Positions 39,481-54,863 of a stretch of 64,000 nt of DNA are shown piece after piece (within the stretch, counting starts at the first letter, position 1; each line of letters begins with the position of its first letter). The notes beneath the pieces are model-generated. The model saw only the letters and a program-made list of their open reading frames with translations. It was not told the origin of the DNA and did no database searches. This DNA comes from Octopus vulgaris. Lineage: Eukaryota. The translations under genes were made by a program, and so were the position numbers. The stretch is taken from the NCBI GenBank assembly GCA_951406725.2, contig OX597830.1, positions 186,001-250,000 of the forward strand. Reading direction: 5' to 3'.

Positions 39481-40625
39481 ACAGAAGTAAAATATACGAA
39501 AACTAAAATTCAGATTTTTTTCCTATTTCTTCGCCTCTCTCAATTCCTTTCTGTTTGTTTTGCAATTCCTCTATAATACTCGCCATAATTGTTTGACCAC
39601 AGTAATGGAGTTTGCCAAATAATATAAAAAATTAAAATAAATCTTACAGTTGTAACAACTAAACAAAAGCATAAGAAATATAAAAAGAGCAAGTAAACAC
39701 GGCAAACATAAAAGTCCTTTTTCTTTAAATTATAATCAACAAACGCATTATCTTAGTTTTTATTTCTTTCAAAAGCCATCAATATATCTGATATATTGTC
39801 TTCTTTACACTTGTTTCTTTGTTCCTTTTCGTGATTTTCTTTTGAAGTTTTGCCTACTGTCTGAGAGTGTTATAGTTTTTTTTCCCTTTTTACATATTCC
39901 CAAGAGACTATCAATTATAGTTGAACTGGACAGACACGACTAAGTTCAACATATTTTGACAACTTTCCAACAGATACCGACCAGATTTAAAGAATCTAAA
40001 ACTGATCTATCAATCTAACATAAATCTTTCTAGGTCTGTCTGTCTGCATTTTTCTCTTTTTCTCTATGTTTATATAATACTATATGACTACTCCCTAGAA
40101 TACTACAGATTACAAATTACACTGACAACCACATACACATGCAAACAAACGCGCGCGCAACGCACGCGCACACGCACGCACCGCACGCGCACACGCACGC
40201 ACACGCACATACCGATGTAACTGTTCATTGAAGCAGAATTACAAATGTTATTTTGTAACTGAGTAAGATAGAATATATCCAATCAACTTTGACATGTTTT
40301 GCTGTTGAAGCGATCAGACAAGTTCGCCTTCAAATACACCTCCCACCATTCTCTATTCCTCATTTACCGAATTTAGTTCATTCAGTAATGATAAATACTT
40401 TATAAGATATTCGTGTAATTTTTTGCCGTGTGTTAAAGTAACGGCTTGATTCAAATAACAACGTAAGTGTTACATACACAACCTTAGAAAATTTTGCAGA
40501 TTATTATTGTTGTCTTAGCCGGTCCTTTTCCCAGGTAGTCACATAAGTTTTCCTTTATGTAATTGTCACAATAATTACTGGTATAAATAAGAATTTATAA
40601 TGAAAACCAAAACCTTTCTGTTCAT

Positions 40626-40677
40626 ACTACTACTACTACTACTACTACTACAACTACTACTGCTGCTGCTGCTGCTG

Positions 40678-40745
<68 letters not shown>

Positions 40746-40746
40746 A

Positions 40747-40844
<98 letters not shown>

Positions 40845-40845
40845 G
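40626..40845. repeat. Compound (CTA)n/(CTG)n trinucleotide microsatellite
   Basis: Alternating CTA and CTG blocks. Similar compound arrays at 16008-16083 and 36347-36463. Confidence 0.95.
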
Positions 40846-42039
40846 TGTTCGTGAACAGACAAACGAAGCTATGCAAAAATATTGCCAACTCAACTATTTG
40901 TTCATATCCTCTCCACTCCTCATAATACAAACAGTTAAAACTCTGAGAATAGAAAATCTTTTCAAATTTAATGTGACATTTGACGATTGTTATTGAAATA
41001 GTAACACCAGACATTGAGTTTTAACTTTCGCTTTACGTCAAAACACTTTTACATCAAAACAATTGATTGTGACCATTTCGTAAACATAAATAAAATTCAC
41101 AATTTTATAATAAAGATTTGTCTTAAGAATGTCTTCAACAATTTTAAAAAGTTCTAGACGAAAGAAAAAGAAAAAATGCACAAAGGTTCGATAGCCATTT
41201 TTGCTAAAATGGTAGATTTCAAGTTAAAACTTAGAAACACCTTTCAGCAACTTAGTTGTAGTTGTGCTAAAGATATATGCAACGTCGATGGTGTTTTTAT
41301 TTTATAAATATATTTTGTTGATGTTGTTGCCATATATCCCAAAATTAGTTCTGAGTGAGCAGATTTATGATCAAGATATCACAATACAGTTTCTTTTCGA
41401 CAGAAATTTGGCTGTTCTCTTGACAACTTTAAAGGCTACATGAGTCTCCGTTGCTGGTTGGATTGATATATAGATGCTTTAATGGTAGATTTTGTCGCTC
41501 AATGGTGCGGTGTCATAATACAGTGGCGACTGTATGTTTCTTTTTAGTGAGAAGGTAACAACATCCACAGAATTATACGGAAACGTTGCGAAATCCATTC
41601 TACTGTAAGAATTTGAACGACACTTCATTCTGAAGATAACTATCCCTATGGAATTCCATGTTTTATATGAAGAACTAAATTTTTTGATTACACATCGTCG
41701 TTCAACAGTTACTCTAGCTCCTATTCTCAAACCCAACTTAGTTTGACTGAAGCAAAGTACACAACAGCAACAACAATAACAATAACTTATGTTTCCTTAT
41801 TATCTTTAACGTCATTTTCATGAGTGGCCTCGTTCTTTTCATGATATATGAGAAAGCTAAATAGAAAGGACGAAGTTGTCACTGCAGGAGATATCTTGCC
41901 TAAAGTCTTTTAACAGAGGGGATATCACCAAAGGTTTCCTGGGCCAGATGTGACTATCAAAGTGGGTAACAGATTGAGTATATCCTTCAGGAATACGAAG
42001 GAACGCAAAAGGCCTGGCTGGGGTCCCAAACTTCCGAGC

Positions 42040-42184
42040 TTTTTTACAGAGCTTAGAAAAACTGAAGGACCATTGGAATAAGTATGTGAATTTGAGAGGG
42101 GAATAGATTGGATACTATCATAATCAAATGATCCTACTGTATTTTCTTTTATCCAAAGCCAGGAACTTTTCAGTACCCCTTCGT
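42040..42184 (+). mobile_element. Mariner 3' end fragment
   Basis: LEKLKDHWNKYVNLRGE-like C-terminus followed by the TIR-like aggaacttttcagtaccccttcgt. Confidence 0.6.
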
Positions 42185-43669
42185 GGGTACAGTCTTCTTA
42201 CAGGCTCTCTTTTTCATGTAATCTAGAGAAACAATGTACAGACACACGAAATGACTTATGTCATTTAGTGTTACCTGACACGTCAAATATTTATTCTGTG
42301 AGTTACTCGATTTAGGGTTTATCAAACCTAACGTGGGACAAAGCAACAATAAAATGTTAGACTTACATAAATCCGTTTTGGATGATTAATCTTTTGCTTC
42401 ATAAGTTTGTCACAACGTTCTCAACTTGGGAACTAACCACCCTGTATTTCAATAAGTTCTTTTTATTCAGCTACTTTTTTTACGATCAGAAGATATATCT
42501 TAGTTCAGGGTGTTATATATTTATTTTATTTGTAATATCATCTACGTCAGTTTTAACAATTGTGCTTCATTAATCTGGTACAAAATATTTGATAAAGAAA
42601 TCTTGTCAGTTTCCTTTTAAGATAAAAAGAAGCATAGGCGACGTCCAGTGGTATCTTCTTAGACTCTAAGCAACATCTTCCAAATATTTCAATCGTATCT
42701 TTAGAAGAATATCTGGGTACTGTACAGAACCGGAATATATACGATTTCTATCTCATTCATTTACGGGTACGTGGAAAGGAGACGATGTAGAAATATATGT
42801 TTAAAAATTTGTTATTTAGAAAAAATGTGGAGTAAGATTAAAAATGAACTTCCTAAAGATTTCAAACACTGTCAATTTAGAGTTGCGTGAAACATTTTAA
42901 TGAGAAAATGTTGCAACAATTCAAGCACGTCGATCCTCTAATTCGAACTCCTCACGATTCTGAGGATTTCATTTCAAGATATATTTTTTTCACAAATATT
43001 ACTGCAATGTGTTGTCGGTATTTACATTAGCCTCTACTATAAAAAAGGATTAAAACCTAGTTACTTCGTTAAGAATATTAAATAAATCAAATCAAATTTA
43101 GATTTAGTAATAGGATAAACCAACAAACGGTAACAAACATTAACTACCAAGCAGAATCTCCTGAAAGGTCTTCGTTCAGACACTAAGGGTGAATTGATGT
43201 GACAAAATAGTGCAGAGATAAATTCAATGACGTCTGAAAAATATTGAAAATTAGTTTGGTTCCGATTGACTACTTTGCTCAATGTTTGTCCATATGTATT
43301 AGGAGGGAAAGTAGACGGTGTTTTTTTTTTCCTAATGACAAAAGACAATTAAATAAATAAATAAAATCTATGTTCAATAAATATTTTATTTTCCTAGCAA
43401 CAAAGCATTTTCAATAGTTTGATAGGTTCTGGCCTTTTTAGTCCCAACCACAAAACAAAAGATCGACGTAAAAAAGAAATTAATACAATGTATTGTTCAT
43501 GTTGACATTGTCGTAGATTGGGGAACAGAGAGAGCGTCATGAATGTCAACATTGATAAAGCTGTGAGTAGTTGTAAGTTGAAGCCTCACAATCACACACA
43601 CAACCGATCAACAACGTCCTATTCATTACAATGGCTGCGCTGGGTTATATCATTGGACAACTGAATAGG

Positions 43670-43730
<61 letters not shown>

Positions 43731-43759
43731 TAATAATAATAATAATAATAATAATTCTT

Positions 43760-44600
43760 TCTTTATCAGCCACCAGGGCCGAACATAAAACACAGAGGAC
43801 AATATACAGACGAAGGACAATGCAGTTAAACGTGTAAACAGCCAATAAACACAACGATTAACAAAAAGATTAAAATCAACAATATGCTTCCTCAACCGGG
43901 GGAAGTTCAACCGTAAGGTGACCTCACATACTTTGGACCCCCTTAACATCAACGGCTCCCCAGGAAGGCACCCTTCTTCCCCTTTCCTTCCATCCTTCAG
44001 ACGTATACTTAGAGTAGGCCCATTCACGCGTTCAACAAACCGTGACCATACCTGCTCACCGTTAAGGTATCGTTGGAGATGTTACAGCCTCTGCGCATGT
44101 CTGCGCATCATTAGCCACGGCATGCCCACTCTTTCACGCAATGGGTGCTGACAACAAATGGACCATCTGACAAGCGGTACCTGACTCTTCCACAGGATGT
44201 AGACGACCAAACGCACCAACCCGTTAAGCCAACCTTTCAGGTACAGCTTCTCGGCCCCTCGCCCTAGTTCTTGTCCACCTGAAGATCTGGACTGAATTTA
44301 CCCCGAGCAACTTAAATCCACCCGACCAGCGTCCCAGAAAGCTGTCAGTTAGCATGGGCCTGCCTCTCCAAATGCCGAGCTGCAGGTCCACTGATTTCTT
44401 CTGGTTGACCATTGCCCCTGTCACCGCTCGTATTCCCTTAAGGTAGTGCCGAACATCTCGATTTCAGAGATGTCCAACACTATCATGGTGACGTCGTACG
44501 CATACGCCGACACGAACCTTCCACATCCCAGTTCATTCGGGATACTCATCGAAACCTATAGCTTCCGCTGTAGTGGATCAAGTGCCAGTAGTAGGGGTGC
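43760..44600 (-). mobile_element. L1/Tx1-type LINE 3' portion, internally deleted
   Basis: Minus strand VSAYAYDVT...YERVTGAMVNQKKS...FKLLGV, then C-terminal relics and a 3' UTR ending at a microsatellite. Confidence 0.75.
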
Positions 44601-44619
44601 AATGTGGGTAGGAACTATC

Positions 44620-46857
44620 AAAACAGAATTACAAGGAAGAAAGAAACAAAGGAATATTGTCATAAGCAATGACGTGAAAGAACAAGAAAAGTGCCTAACT
44701 GGAAAGTCCCCCCACCTGACCAGATGGGATTCATGGCCTTTGACTGAAGAGATGCCACGCAGTGCATAAAAGACTAGCAGCCCAATTGAATGAGTGTGTC
44801 CAGAAAGGTACAGTCGTCGCGTGGATGGTGACTGCGATGACATCATTTTTACTGAAAGATAGAAGAAAGGGGAATATTCTGGGAAACTACCATTCCATAG
44901 CATGCCTAAACATAATCTGAAAGATACTCACTGGAATATGCGCAGCAAAGACATACACTTTCCTGGTAAAGGAAGAAATACTACCAAGGGAACAGAACGG
45001 ATGTAGGAAGAGTTCTCAGAGCACCAATGATCACCTGGACATCGATGAAACATTTTTGAGGCATACAAACATGTCTATGGGTTGGATTGACTTTAACAAG
45101 GCATATGATGCCTCATTCTTGGATCGTTAAATGCCTGCAGATGTTTGGTGTTACTGACATCACAAATTTTCTGATGCATAGCATAAAGAGTGGGAAGTCA
45201 AATTGTACTCAAGTAATGTATTCCTTGGAGAAGTTAATATTAAAAGGGGAATCTTCCAAGGTGACTCGTTTTCTCCGTTACTATTTGTAATTGCATAACA
45301 ATGACACTTAGGAAAGTTAAGATTGATTACCGATGTGGGAAGAAAGGCCCATCAATGAATAATCTTCTATTTATGGAAGACCTGAAATTGTTTGGAAAAT
45401 CTGAAAAAAACACACAGATTCCTTAACCAAAGCAGTCCAAAAGTGTGGTAGAGACATCGGTATGGAATTTGGGATTACCAAATGCTTAGTGCTTAATATG
45501 AAAAGAGAGAAGAAAGCAGCCTGCAGAGGATTGCGGTTACCATCAGGAGAGACCATGGGTTAACTCGACGGTAGTGGGTATAGATATTTAGGGATTTTAG
45601 AATTGGATGACATTCTACACAGAGAAATGAAAGTCAACGTCAGCAAGGCGTATAAAAAAAGGGTGAAGACGGTGTTGAAATCCAAACTGAATGCCAAAAC
45701 TTTGATTACCGCAATGAATATCTGGGCAGTTGCAATGGTCAGATACATTGCACCCATACTCAAATGGATTAAGGAGGAAATATCAACACTGGATAGAAGG
45801 ACGAGAAAGCAGACGTAAACAGACTGTATATGATAAAAATGGCGGCACAGGGTTAATTAGTATAAACTATTGGAGCGAAAGGAGAACGCTTGCCGAGTAT
45901 TTGATAAATAGTGATGAAGACCTGCTGCAATATGCCGCGAAAGATATGGATGTAAATGCAGATGAAATGCAGATGAAATGATGGGCAAGGAAGAGTTTAA
46001 CCAAAGAGCTGAGGGGAAGTGAAAAAGAAGACCTTCTTGATATGAGAAAGCGTGGACAGTTTGAAAGGAATACACGGGACGTTAAGGATAATGTAGCAGC
46101 GAGGAGATTGAAGCGTACCACCGAAAGCCTCATCATTGCTGCACAAAACCAGGGTCTCACTACCAACTCAGTGTAGTATATCATCTACAAAATTTCTGAC
46201 ACCCAGAAATGCAGACTGTAGAAAGAGTGTTGAAAATGCGACCCACTTGGTAAGTGGATGTGAGAACCTTGCACAAAAAGAATACAAGCGCCGCCACGTT
46301 AAACTGTGTGTGTATCTTCCTTGGCTCTTATGCCGTAAATACCAATATGAAGTAACAGAGAACTGGCATGAGCATGTACCAAGTAAAGTTATGCAGGAGG
46401 ATGGAAAAGTAATGATACTCTGGAATTATGATTTTTCAGACGGATCGTGTAATCGAATACCGTCGTCCTGATATTGTCATATTGAATAAGAGAGACAAAT
46501 ACTGTCAGATCAATAATGTAGCCATACCAAATAACATGAATGTTGTGAGTAAAGAGGTTGAAAAATTACCAAGTACTCTGAATTGAAAGTGGAAAAGGCA
46601 AGACTATATGGAATACGAGAGGGTAATGTAAAAATGATACCAGTGGTGATCGGAGAGTTGGACTCAATCCCATTGAAACTTCAAGACTTCTTAAGGCAAC
46701 TTGGAAATCCCATGCAAGATTAATGTCTTGCAAAAGCAGCCATATTAGGCACAGTGCACATCTTAAGGAAAGTATTATCTGTCTGAGGTCTTTGTTGCAA
46801 CTTGACAGATGACTAAAGACTCTGGTGCATTTTTACCTACACTGTATTACGAAGGAA

Positions 46858-46944
<87 letters not shown>

Positions 46945-46970
46945 ATAATAATAATAATAATAATAATAAT
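44620..46970 (+). mobile_element. Decayed R4/Dong-type LINE (RT, zinc knuckle, REL endonuclease) ending in (TAA)n
   Basis: WIDFNKAYD, GIFQGDSFSPLLF, NLLFMEDLK, YRYLG, THLVSGC..YKRRH, RRPDIV. The 3' ~1.1 kb closely matches 10412-11546. (aat)n at 46859-46970. Confidence 0.9.
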
Positions 46971-47684
46971 GTTGTTGTTGTTGTTGTTATTTTTATTTTA
47001 TACGCACTCACACACTGCGACATACACACATACATATCTATTCATTATACATGCATTCATACTTTATACACACACACTCAAACACATACACACACAGTCA
47101 CAGACAAAAATGCATGTCCGTATTTCTGCTTGTCTATGTGGATGGCAGAAGGGAGGAAATTTTCTTAGAACAATGTAATTACTAAGCAGTAAGTTATTTG
47201 ACCGATAATTTCATAATCATTCTTTAAAATGGTATTTAATAATAGTCTACAGAAATGGAATGAATAACAGGAAATTTACTGACTCGGCACTTGTATGACG
47301 CAGCAGCAATTTGTATTAAAACGGAAAAACTGAAGAATAATGATGGTGAATAATGATGGCGATGTTGATGATGATGATTATAACGGTGGTGTAGGTGCCA
47401 ATAATCTTACTAATAACGACCATGATAAATGTGGTCTGTTGATGTATTTTTAGGTTGTTATTGCCGTTGTTTTCTTGTGTTGTTGTAGAGGAGTAGGTAC
47501 CATTTACATTCGGTCGTCCCATTAAACATCCTGCCTTTCCACCTGGAGGTACCAATTTTGTCTACTTGTTTTCTCTTCGTCCCCCAAGCGTTCCCTTGTG
47601 GGTGGGGGCACGTTTCCATCTTAATGCATGATGGAATGTCTATTTGAGTGAAAAATGTGTGAGCAGGTTTTTGTGTTTGAGGAG

Positions 47685-47740
47685 AATTGTGGATGAAGGA
47701 GGACTTCTATAGCCATAGAAGTCCTCCTTCATCCACAATT
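47685..47740. repeat. Perfect 26-bp inverted repeat with 4-nt spacer
   Basis: aattgtggatgaaggaggacttctat-agcc-atagaagtcctccttcatccacaatt. Confidence 0.95.
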
Positions 47741-48013
47741 GGTTTCTGCCGTTGTTGAATTGTGGATTGCCACTCTGCATGAGCTTCCCTTGAATAATCT
47801 TATGGCTTAAGCACTGAAACTAGGAGAAACGAGGTCGTTGTCACTTCATGCCCCTCAAAAGTACTATTCTACAAATGTTTGTGGCCCTTTTTACCAAGTC
47901 ACTTGTAATCTTCATGGTTTTGTAATCCTGATGTTTGCTTTTCAAAGAGAGCTGGCTACAATGTTTATGTAATTGGCCAGTCACCTTTACAAGCAAGCTT
48001 TCCACCTGCTATA

Positions 48014-48905
48014 CGAGGTGGTATCAAAAGGTTCCCGAACTAGTAATAATGTTTAATGAAAAACAAAAAAGAAACTTATACCTTATTTACTTAGATTTTA
48101 AATAATCTCCATTCAAATAGTTACCTTGTGTAGCAACACACTGGTCACAACGGCTCAGCCTCTTTTGGAATCCGTCTTGGAAGTCGTCGTCTTCTGGAAG
48201 CGAGTCGAGGACATTATGCGATTCACTCTCGATCTCGACAACAGTATTAAAACGGCGACCTTTGAGCAGCATTATCATCTTTTGGGAAGAGATGGAAATC
48301 CGTAGGTGCTAAAGCTGGTGAATAGGGCAGGTTCGGAAGCAATAACATGTTGTTTTTGGCGAGAAACTCACGAGTGAGGAGAGCTCGGTGACAGGGTGCA
48401 CTGTCGTGGAGAAGAATCCAATTCTTCGCACTCCATAAATACTTCACTTTCGCCGAATTCCTCCTTGAAACACTTCAAAACGTCGCATTAAAACTGTCGA
48501 TTGATAGTCAGGTCCAGGAGGAGGATTCTTAATGCACAATACCACGTTTTCGGGGTTGAGACCCGTGCCAAGTTTTCCAGATTGCTTATTGTCTTCCAGG
48601 GACGTTCTTCCGCTTTTGAAGCGTCCGTTTGACTCGAAATATTGCGTGCGACCCCTTGCTTCGTTCCGTAAGCTTTTCGAAGCATCTTCAAAATCTCTGA
48701 AGCAGACTTTCCGAGTTTAATGCAGACTACAGCATAGACGTGACCACGAAAACACAAGTTTCACAACTTGTGAAGTATGTACGTCAAATGTCACTCTGCA
48801 CACTACCTCATGAAAGTCACTACTAGTTCTAACTGCGCATTCAAATGTGCTGACATCTGTTGGCACACTGCAAAATTAGTCCGTGAACATTTTGATACCT
48901 CCTCG
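48014..48905 (-). mobile_element. Internally deleted mariner with both TIRs and TA TSD
   Basis: TA|cgaggtggtatcaaaaggttc...gaacattttgatacctcctcg|TA. Motifs WILLHDSAPCH and PYSPALAPTDFHLFPK. Confidence 0.85.
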
Positions 48906-51155
48906 TAAATTACTTTTTTTTCCTTCAGCGTGACCTCTTCAGTTTATTGCAGCCTTTACAAGGGTAATGGCTTGTGCTATGGTATGACTGTTGTTTTTGC
49001 AGCTGCTACTTCTTGTTCTGGTGAGTACAGTATACTACACACCATTTTAATACAAGGAACATGCGAATCCAGCTTTCCCAATTGCACCAGCTTTTGGGTC
49101 ACTTTCTTACAGTGAATCTCTCCAGGCTGAATTACATTGTAAACACAGCAAGGGTCACATCTTAACAACTGGCTTTGTCCTTGGATCCACATGATGCTGC
49201 ATCCCCAACAGTTATTGACACTCTACAAAAGTTCAGCTGAGGACCACTAGGGAGAGTTGCGTCCAAAGTTTGGCCCTTTCAGTTGCTATACAAATGAGTA
49301 GACCAAGATTTGTAAATAGGCCAACAGACAGCTTGGAATCAAAAAGAGTGACGGAAACGCAGGAGTACTCGCACATGACTCTAGTTTTGCTACCTCTGCT
49401 ATGATGGTCTGTTCACCTGGGGCTATATAGACTCAATTAACATCTATACAGGCCTTCCCCAACCACTCAGCTTTTCTTTGTCCATCATAATGTTATATGT
49501 AACACGCCATGTGTTGCACTACCCGCTTCCTCCATTCCTTCTTTCCCTTAACATCATCCCGCTGGAACGCCTTAACTTTTCATGCCTTTCCTCTATTGTT
49601 GCTTCACAATGTCATGAGTTAGATAAACAACATTCGACATTAAGAGACTCAAGCCTGCAAAGACGATTCACACTGCCCCCTTCGTTTAGACTCAAGAGAT
49701 CAAACAAAACGCAAACTTTTTGCGGTTGTCAAGGCCTAATTATTATTCCCGGTAGTTTACTTCCAAAACGTTTGAGAGTTGTATGAAAACATGTCTGATA
49801 CGCAGACAGCAGTAAATAATAACAACAACAATACTGCTATGGGAAGTATATAGCTGATTATATCGACTTCTGTATGCCACTGCTATGTATTTTATTGCAT
49901 TCTAATTTCTTTATTGATTCTTATTTCAAGAAGCCTACTATTTCACTGGAAATCATTTTATCAATTCCGTGAGGATAAAAGGTGAAAATAACCTTGCTTG
50001 GCCTCGAACTCAGGAATTACAAATAAAACGTATTTGTGTTTCACCTATTATTTTAGAAACCTTGTATATACATGACTGAAGGAGGAGAAGAAACAAATGT
50101 GTTAGGAAGAAACTTTCTAGAGATGTAAGGTAAATCTCCCGCCTCAATTTCTGTAGAGACCGCGATTTAGGTTAAGCTATAATCTTTAAACTCTTAAATC
50201 GACTCAGAACTAATAATTACTGACAGAGCTACATGAACAAATAGAAAATAAGCAAAATCCTTCTGCCTTTGTCTCTCTCTCCGTGTTTAACATATTCTCC
50301 AATCGCTCTAATCCTCTTTCTCAGCTAAGTCAGTATGACAACTGTTAATACGGGGTAATTCAGGTATTACAACTTCATATAAAAGATTTCATGTGGCTTA
50401 TATCAAGCAAAGGCTTCTTAGTTTTCGCTTGATATGTGTCACACCTTATGATGTCACAGCATCTTATGATGTTACAACATATCATAAGCGGCATGTTATA
50501 CATGTATCTTCTTACATCCTATTAATAGACAGAATAAGAAGCGAGAAAACCCCAGTGCAACATGGGACGAAATCGCTTTTTCAATTTATCATATTCCACA
50601 TAAAAGCTTTCTATTAATGTCCAACGAATTGCTTCTTTTTTAAGTGTAAAATTGAAGAAACTAATAAAATGTATTGTAATTTTACTTCTTATATTTGATT
50701 TTATTTTTCCTTACAATGTGTTTATTCGAAGACTAAATTAAACTGCCAACATATTCTCAGCTAAATAAAGTTTTTCAGTGATTTTTTTGATTGCTGCCTG
50801 CCTTTTTTTAAACTTTTAAAGCAAAACGTTTCTTCTTGAACGTTTCTTAATTAATGCAGCACTGAAGTGACACCTACGTTGATAATAATTTTACGAAGTG
50901 AACCTGGCGTGTCAGAAAGTTTTGAGGTGCTGGTTATTGATACACACAGAGGAGGAAACGATGCTAGGTTACGATTTCATGAAAAATGATACATTGAATC
51001 AGCTTCCAGACCCTTTCACAATGTAGTTTATTCGATTATGGAGGATCCTCACTTAATCACCTGCGATGTTCAATGTAGCAAGCTCGCTAAACCGAATGAG
51101 GTCTAGAGGGAGAGTCTATATCCTCATTAGGCTGAACTGGTGTACATATATATGG

Positions 51156-51556
51156 TGGCTGCCCCCTCGTTATCGAGTATGGCCATTGCACGAAGCTTAA
51201 TCAATGTTGTTATCGTGCAATGCCTGTGCAAGAATATTTTTTTTAAAGTGAGGAAAGGCTGTGCACTGAGTCAATCACACTCACTAAGCAACAGCAGCCA
51301 TAATCCGAAAAGAAGAACAAGTCAACATCACCGGAAACCACTGGGCCGCAGGTTTTATGTCGGAGTTATCCCAGTTACCTGAGTTACCTTCTCCTAGAAG
51401 GATGCCCTAACAAAGGCTAGGAGTCCTTCACTCCCAATGGTTTAACCGCGCGATCGGGGTATTCAGTCCGATTATTTCTATGTCCCCGCGCATGGATCAG
51501 CCTTAAGGCATTTATTGGATGGCCGTTGACGCCGACGACCCGACCATGCAACAGGT

Positions 51557-51559
<3 letters not shown>
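51156..51559. mobile_element. ~550-bp repeat, copy 3 (internal ~106-bp deletion, truncated end)
   Basis: Same orientation as copy 1. Deletion junction ggccgttgac|gccgacgacc at 51530/51531. Confidence 0.85.
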
Positions 51560-51600
<41 letters not shown>

Positions 51601-52312
51601 TACATACATACATTCATAGATACATGCATTCATACACACACACACACGCGCATTCGAGAGAATCGGTTACTTAAATAGTGAAAACACCAAGGTCGGGTCG
51701 GTGATAATGTTATTGTGTACAAACCTGTATAACGACTTGTTTTCCAGTTCTGCATATGTTCACATGTGGCTGATTGAATGCACAACGAGTCATCAAGGTC
51801 ACACATGGGTACACTCACTACACCTGTTACACCACCGTCTATAGACTCTAGGTACAAATGAATTGCAGGTTCGAAGTTAAGTGAAAAATAAACTATAGCC
51901 ACAGATAGATTAAGTTTCACTAAAGCTGTTTGAGGCGTGTATTTTATTGATGAACAGAAGTGTTACATCATACAGAAATGCCGTTTTCAGCAGGTGAATA
52001 CAGGTAAGAATTAAGAATTAGAAATCCTCAAAAACCTATACATAGTGCAAGATGAATCAGCCAGCTGAAATTCGGTCAGAGAGTGAAAAAACTTAAGTTA
52101 CTATCACCTTTATAATGAGAAACACGTTAAAGGGCCTGGATCGAAGGTGAGCGTGTAGATGGAGAAATGTGGGGAAGTGAAGAGAGAAAAGCTAAATTGA
52201 GGAGGGCAGATAAGAGAGTTGGTGATCTTGTTGGAGCTCGTAAAGTTTTATTAGTAAAACTATTGTTGTTTCTACATTTGTGTACATAGATACACACACA
52301 CATATTAATGGA

Positions 52313-53146
52313 CTAGCAGCATAGCCCGGCGTTTCCCGGGTATGAAAGAAACTTTGTCGATAAGCAATGCCCTTTACCTTTTTACCCCTTTTTATACTCA
52401 TTGAACCGTTATTTTGTAAATAACAAAAGTCAGTTTTGTAGGGTTCGCATGGTCGGTCTCAAAGTGATATGGTTTTGTTGATTTCTCCCAATACTTGTTA
52501 ACTGCATTGACAGAGGTCGTTAGTTTGACATTTAATGCAAACTTGATGTCCAAGGAAAATCTATGTGAACTTTCAAAAATTATCGCAGAAAAATCGGTGT
52601 GCTATGTGTGCCACATATGATGTAATTAATCGATTTTTTTCAGTAATAACGTATCCTATTGGAATCAAAAGGGCCATATAGCTCCTTGGAGCAGACATGA
52701 TGCTCGCTGGGAATTTAAAAAAAAATTCCTGCCATTTTGTTAAAGATATTGTCGAAAATATGTCATCTTGAATTTGAATGTGATTTCCCAAAATGGCATG
52801 ATTTTATCGATTTTTTCTGATGGTAAGGTATTGCATGGAAAACTAACGTCAGAATTAAGCTTCACCATGAGTTTGTGAAAATCGATTGCAAGTTGCGAAA
52901 ACTACAACGGAAAATGTGTTGCATATGATAAGCTTAGATTCTCGACCCCATGTCGAATTTATCGATTTTTTCAGAACTGGGGGAACTTTTCAAACTTTTC
53001 GCTGCGTTAGTTTTGAATTATGACATTGGGCTATGTGTGTGTCAAGTTTCATCAGAATCTGTTGAAAGCCGTAGTCAGGGTGAGGGTACAACCTGACAGA
53101 CACACAGACACACAGACAGACAAACTGCCTTTTATATATATAGAGA
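52313..53146 (-). mobile_element. Non-autonomous Helitron
   Basis: Minus strand A|TCtctatatatataaaaggcag ... ccgggaaacgccggg hairpin, ctatgctgCTAG|T. Canonical termini, AT insertion site, no TSD. Confidence 0.8.
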
Positions 53147-54697
53147 TAAATCTAGTTACGGCTCATATAGGCGCATACACATCTTCATAGATACAATAAA
53201 AATCACACACACAAACACTCACAAGCACACGCACGCACGCATGCACACACACATATATATGAATATATACATACCTATACACATACATATATACACACTC
53301 CCAGGCACATGTACTCTTATACCAACACATACGCACCATTACCCACGTAATTGCGCACTCATATACGTAGCTAATACTCTCACAATACATGTAATATTAA
53401 TAACTGACATTCTCTCCATGCAATCCTTAAATGAATTTTATTACTGGTCAAGCTATATTTGTATGTACGTTGAGAAATACCAAATAAAGAGGTATTTGAA
53501 GTTTAAAATACAAATTTAGTTTTTACTTAACCGTCAAATATCCTTTCGGCTCATGTAGTTAATATTATTAAATGATAATTTCAGGTTTATAAAAATTATA
53601 AATTAAGTATTTATTGTAAATAATAGGTCTAATATTCTGGGACAAAAATAAGTGTTAAATGTCGGAATTAATTATGTAGTTACAGTAATGATTGATATAT
53701 TTAAAAAAAAAGATTGAGGAATAAATACTTTACGAGCAATAAACGGATTGCTTACGTTCTAAACTTATATATCGGCACAGCGTCCTCACTGTCTTGTTGA
53801 TTTACACTTTGATCTAAATCTATGTCGCTATTCAATTTTGCTGTTTTTACTGGCCAATGTATCTTTTGGTGAAGAATATATTTCTTCTTTCCTTTTTATA
53901 TCTTCTATTTCTGTCTGTTAACCACCCTCTGACCCTTATTGCTCTTGCCTGGTCGGTTAACCGTTAATTATTTCGAAGAGACCTAACTCATTCCACTTTG
54001 CTTTCATTCCTTGTCGGAATCCCCTTCTGCGGGCTTCACTCCTTATCCAGCATTCAATTATCGTTCGCTTTACCTCCTTACTTTTTCTAATTAGGTTCAT
54101 GATATTTCCTCTGGCCCGATGTCATGCTATATTTCCGCTAATTTCAATCCACAAACATGTAGAACATCCCAAAGCACACTTTTACTCAATCATTCATGCC
54201 TGCGATTATTCTATTTTTGTGCTAGCTTATTGCATTCGTTATGAATAAACAGTCATCACCCTAATAGCCAGTAACGAGGAAGACATTACCAGACAATTCT
54301 CTCTTAAATTACTCCAAACTCCAACTGAATATAGCAGGACATTCTGGAAAGGCAGTTCTTGATGGCAAAATAGAATGTATGGTTATGGGTGGGTCAGAAC
54401 TGATCTATGTGTAACAACAACAACAACAAAAGGTGGAATGTGACATAGTATTACAGCCACAAGGCAAATTTTAACTTAAATCAAGAGACACCAGAGGGAG
54501 AGAGTGTCTATCAGTCACTGAATCAATAGACTAAATACTTTTAATAAAGTACAAAATATACAGACTTTAGGTTAGAAACCACATCACTGCAGAGAATTAA
54601 TGGTTGATATCGTCATGTTTTCACTACTATAAACATTGTACGATACTTGGCACTAACACACGCACAAACATATAACATTACTCACAGAACAATTACC

Positions 54698-54863
<166 letters not shown>

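Noticed and set aside
40575-41014. Poly-Ser/Leu/Val-Ala ORFs
   Set aside because: Compound CTA/CTG microsatellite, with no splice or codon evidence.
51985-52010. Possible micro-exon (ttttcag|caggtgaatacag|gtaaga)
   Set aside because: Splice-like motifs arise often by chance, and there are no supporting neighbouring exons or expression data.
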